Origin: an uncultured Nitrososphaeraceae archaeon
GTDB lineage: Archaea; Thermoproteota; Nitrososphaeria; Nitrososphaerales; Nitrososphaeraceae
NCBI GenBank assembly: GCA_963825865.1
Contig: CAWGVG010000062.1
Span: 1 to 64,000, forward strand
Reading direction: 5' to 3'
Length of the DNA stretch: 64,000 bases
Shown: piece by piece, positions 60,887 through 64,000 of the stretch
Numbering within the stretch: position 1 is the first letter of the stretch
How the letters are laid out: the number at the start of each line of letters is the position of its first letter
The notes under the pieces: generated by a model
The model's database searches: none
What the model saw: only the letters and a program-made list of their open reading frames with translations
What the model was told of the DNA's origin: nothing
Program-made: the position numbers and the translations under genes

Positions 60887-62170
60887 CTATTGAAGGGTTT
60901 CCTGATTAGAGGCTTGGGATATTTCTGCCAGCTTTGCAGGATTCCTAAGCAAGTGCTGCATATCTGATATTGCATTTTTGAGTAGTTCAATGTCTGTGTC
61001 ATATTTGTCTTTCATAGATTGTATGGCTTCATCTTTTTCTTGTAATTTTCCTTTGATGATATATTCATTATCTTTGGTTTTTTCTTTTAATTCTGTAACC
61101 TGCTTCTGAAGAATAACATTATCTCCATTAATTGTGAGCAATGGAATTGCTTTTAGATAATCCTCCATAACTTCACGTTCAGTTGGTTTCCAATACGATT
61201 CAGACAAGCCCAAATCATGGCCCATAGTAACCTCTACATTAATTGGTCGCATCATTTGTTCTGCCCGTGACTTGTAAAATTTTCGATAGCCGTGAGCGCC
61301 TTTCCATTCATGGTGCTTTTTCCCTGGGGGAAGAGTGTGACGAATCCCTTGTTCCCATAAGGCCCGATCCAATAATCTTTTAACTGCAATACTTTGGAGT
61401 TTCTTTGGATTGGTAGCAAGACCCCATTTAGCTCCGTAATTCATATTTGTTGTTTGCCATAAGTCACGCATAAGCCAAGATTCTCCAGTTATCTTTTCAC
61501 CATATGAAGAACGGAAATCCATCCAATCTTTGATTGCAGAATAAGCTTCAGGTGTTATGAAAGTGTAATATTCTTCTGGCTCCTCAGCATAAACTATTAA
61601 CTTTGCTGTTATAACTTCTTCTTTCTCATTGGTTATGGGAGAGACATGTTTCCATTGCAAATAGTCCCATGCTCCTAATCTAAACCCACCAGATGCCATA
61701 GCATAGACTATAGGCTTCATCCTTCTATCTGGATATTGAATGAGCTTACGTATTTCTTCTACTGTGGGAGCTCTATCATTAGATGAGTTCTTTGCTCTTG
61801 GTAACCCTTTTGATATCCTCTTCCAATTTAACGTTAAATCATTCATTTCACAAAATAGTTTGGCAGCTCTATAGTAGTTCTTTAGTGTACCTGCAGCAAG
61901 TTCTTTGCTTCTAACTCGTTCCTTATGGAAATCAAGGAATATCATAATACTATCCTGGGCCCATTGGATATTCTTCTGTCTTGTTTTCTCCAGAAACTCT
62001 ATAGCTTGTTCTTCTAGTAATCCTGGCAGTTTAAGATAATCAAATAACATCTTCAACCTCTTTGGATATTGTCTTCTGGCTTCAGAAGACTTTAATGCAT
62101 ACATAAATGGGTATAATGGGCTTTGTTGTGTTACCTCTTTTGGATCTTTTTCCTGAGTTATAGACAGCAA
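60887..62170 (-). CDS. Tyrosine recombinase/integrase
   Basis: GFRLGA (R), HGYRK (HxxR), MGH, ESYW (Y); starts ~59 bp from the tRNA 3' end. Confidence 0.93.
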   Translation of the reverse strand: MLSITQEKDPKEVTQQSPLYPFMYALKSSEARRQYPKRLKMLFDYLKLPGLLEEQAIEFLEKTRQKNIQWAQDSIMIFLDFHKERVRSKELAAGTLKNYYRAAKLFCEMNDLTLNWKRISKGLPRAKNSSNDRAPTVEEIRKLIQYPDRRMKPIVYAMASGGFRLGAWDYLQWKHVSPITNEKEEVITAKLIVYAEEPEEYYTFITPEAYSAIKDWMDFRSSYGEKITGESWLMRDLWQTTNMNYGAKWGLATNPKKLQSIAVKRLLDRALWEQGIRHTLPPGKKHHEWKGAHGYRKFYKSRAEQMMRPINVEVTMGHDLGLSESYWKPTEREVMEDYLKAIPLLTINGDNVILQKQVTELKEKTKDNEYIIKGKLQEKDEAIQSMKDKYDTDIELLKNAISDMQHLLRNPAKLAEISQASNQETLQ

Positions 62171-62228
62171 ATCTAAATTCTACATATATTATAAGAAGGC
62201 GGGTGGTAATAAAGGGACAACTTTGATG

Positions 62229-62322
62229 CGGGTTCGGTGGGATTCGGACCCACGACATTATACCCCGGAAAACTACCGACTGGTTAAGAGCCAGACGCTC
62301 TACCTGGCTGAGCTACGAACCC
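62229..62322 (-). tRNA. tRNA-Lys(CTT) with a ~20-nt non-canonical intron
   Basis: GGGTTCG/CGAACCC acceptor stem, D-arm GCTC/GAGC, anticodon loop CTCTTAA, T-arm GTGGG-TCCGAAT-CCCAC; 94 nt versus 74 expected. Confidence 0.93.
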
Positions 62323-62346
62323 GCAGAAAACCAGGGTAAGTTAACG

Positions 62347-62356
62347 ATATTTAAAT
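62347..62356 (-). promoter_or_regulatory. TATA box of tRNA-Lys
   Basis: Minus-strand TTTAAATAT about 26-33 nt upstream of the tRNA 5' end. Confidence 0.6.
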
Positions 62357-62865
62357 GAAACGAGAAAGGCGATATTTTACATATAACATAATGATATGGA
62401 CAATCGATCTACTTATAATAATGATAGCCTACATCAGAATGAAAAAACAACCACAACAAAACAGAAGCGACATGTTTTTGTTAGATTGCAGAGTTTATTA
62501 TCGACTTAAATTTATTGCTTATTGCCTTATCAGTTCTTTCTTGTATTGTTCTAAAAGTAAAATTTCCTAAAACATAATTTACAGCTGTTTTTGACGAATG
62601 TTTCTGCCATGATAAAGTAATGCTCAAGAATGATATTCCTATAGCATAGAGACCTGCTTATTTAATTTATTCCTAACGCTACAACTTACTCTCTATAATC
62701 GAATCGAACAAATATAAAATACATCATAATAGTCATCTAACAAACATCAAAAGCTACAGACAATTGACTTAAATCCGTTACTCTGTCCATACTATTCTGC
62801 TAACATCAAATTCACCATTTAGAAGTAAAATAGTACAAACTAGATTATTTTTAAGTCTAAATTTA

Positions 62866-63120
62866 TTGCTAGAATATATATATATGACTGCCTTTCAAAT
62901 AAATAGAAATTCCAAAGATGAATCCGTTAGATCCGTTTATTCAATTATAAAAAGCCGTAGCGGTAAGGTTACAACGAAACACCTTGAAAAAGAGATTGGT
63001 AGTAGGTACAAGGTACATTATGCCTTGAGACGTTTGTCAAGGGAAGGTAAAATTAAGAGAATTAGAGGCTTTGGAGTAGATAGGATCGAATACTTTTATG
63101 AAGATATAGCGTCTCCATAA
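62866..63120 (+). CDS. Small wHTH protein
   Basis: VTTKHLEKEIG..VHYALRRLSREGKIKR. Confidence 0.7.
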   Translation: MLEYIYMTAFQINRNSKDESVRSVYSIIKSRSGKVTTKHLEKEIGSRYKVHYALRRLSREGKIKRIRGFGVDRIEYFYEDIASP

Positions 63121-63184
63121 TTTCCTTTTTTAACAATTCTCACACTATATTTTAATAATAATAATATTTTTATTATCTTATTGC

Positions 63185-63940
63185 CTATATATTGTGCAGC
63201 CAAACTTTGCAAATAGGCGACATATCTTGCTTGTGCTTATTATTTTCAATACGTTCGATTATCTTCTGTATATTCCTTGAATTGGATTTAGATTTGTTTA
63301 GAGTATTGGCATCCAAGCGCCGGAGTATTTCATCTATATCTTCATATTGTAATCCAATTTCATCCTCAGCTGTTTGTCCCTTCCATAATCCAGGGCTGCT
63401 TTTCTTTTTTAGAATTGTCAAAGGAATTTGTAAGTACCTTGCTATTTCCCTTACCTCTGTTTTGTATAGGTCAGCTAAAGGAAAAATATCAGGAGCGCCG
63501 TCACCATGTTTTGTATAATAACCCAATTTTATTTCGCTTTTGTCAGCCGTTCCTAAAACCAGCCGATGCATTATCCCTGCATAATAATAGATTAAACACA
63601 TCCTAAGTCGGGAAGCGAAGTTCCCTTGTGCTAGTTTGTTTTTGGGAAGCTGTTTTAAGAACTGGTTTTTAATCCTACCTATTTCAATAACCTTGTATTT
63701 TATTTTTAGATTCTGTGCCATTTTTTTGGCATCGTGTATGTCGTTTTGTAGACTGATCTTTGAGTCTGGTAAAATTAATCCAAAGACTTGTCTTGGTCCG
63801 AGAGCTTGTACTGCAAGGCTACATGCCACTGACGAATCTAAGCCTCCGCTAAGACCAACTACAATGCCTTCAGACCTACGTTCTTTTACTTGAGTACCGA
63901 TGAAATCTGTTATAATTTTAGAGATACGGTAAAATTGCAT
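63185..63940 (-). CDS. nadE: NH3-dependent NAD+ synthetase
   Basis: GLSGGLDS, SRLRM, GYYTKHGDG, DLYKTEV, SPGLWKGQT, NKHK. Confidence 0.96.
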   Translation of the reverse strand: MQFYRISKIITDFIGTQVKERRSEGIVVGLSGGLDSSVACSLAVQALGPRQVFGLILPDSKISLQNDIHDAKKMAQNLKIKYKVIEIGRIKNQFLKQLPKNKLAQGNFASRLRMCLIYYYAGIMHRLVLGTADKSEIKLGYYTKHGDGAPDIFPLADLYKTEVREIARYLQIPLTILKKKSSPGLWKGQTAEDEIGLQYEDIDEILRRLDANTLNKSKSNSRNIQKIIERIENNKHKQDMSPICKVWLHNI

Positions 63941-64000
63941 AATTTTTAGAATATTTTCGAGATTAATATTATTTACTTTTATGGCTACAATGTATCCTCG

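Larger units (their letters stand above)
58284..62256. mobile_element. Core of a tRNA-integrated plasmid-like element
   Basis: Integrase, divergent regulators and prim-pol adjacent to tRNA-Lys; left boundary unresolved. Confidence 0.75.

Noticed and set aside
63192-63893. Plus-strand ORFs overlapping nadE, and similar antisense ORFs in the ADH, MFS and prim-pol genes
   Set aside because: Shadows of well-supported genes on the opposite strand

Overview
AT-rich archaeal DNA. The gene families (Nitrososphaera-type tyrosine integrases, MEDS, cyclase-REC, arcadin-1-like, PPOX-F420, intron-containing tRNA) point to an ammonia-oxidising archaeon of the Nitrososphaeraceae; this is an inference. Almost the whole window looks like one accessory island ending on the right at an intron-containing tRNA-Lys(CTT) (62229-62322, minus strand), followed by nadE. 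Next to the tRNA is an integrated plasmid-like module: integrase, wHTH regulator, AbrB-like gene and a truncated prim-pol/P-loop gene. A second integrase (5766-7157) has a degenerate tRNA 3'-end at the same distance upstream, suggesting tandem integration. Between them lie metabolic and regulatory cargo, many replication and integrase remnants, and a GC-richer bacterial operon fragment. Two observations stand out. (1) A multi-HTH/coiled-coil gene, present twice, has eight TGNTATC-type heptamers spaced one helical turn apart just upstream of its promoter, a centromere/operator-like layout; the same heptamer recurs in a separate tandem repeat. (2) About 15 apparent frameshifts fall in or beside AGCT or GCWGC, probably methylation-linked long-read errors, so many apparent pseudogenes may be intact. 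No CRISPR array, rRNA, reverse transcriptase or transposase was recognised. All product calls come from motif recognition by eye; no database searches were run.
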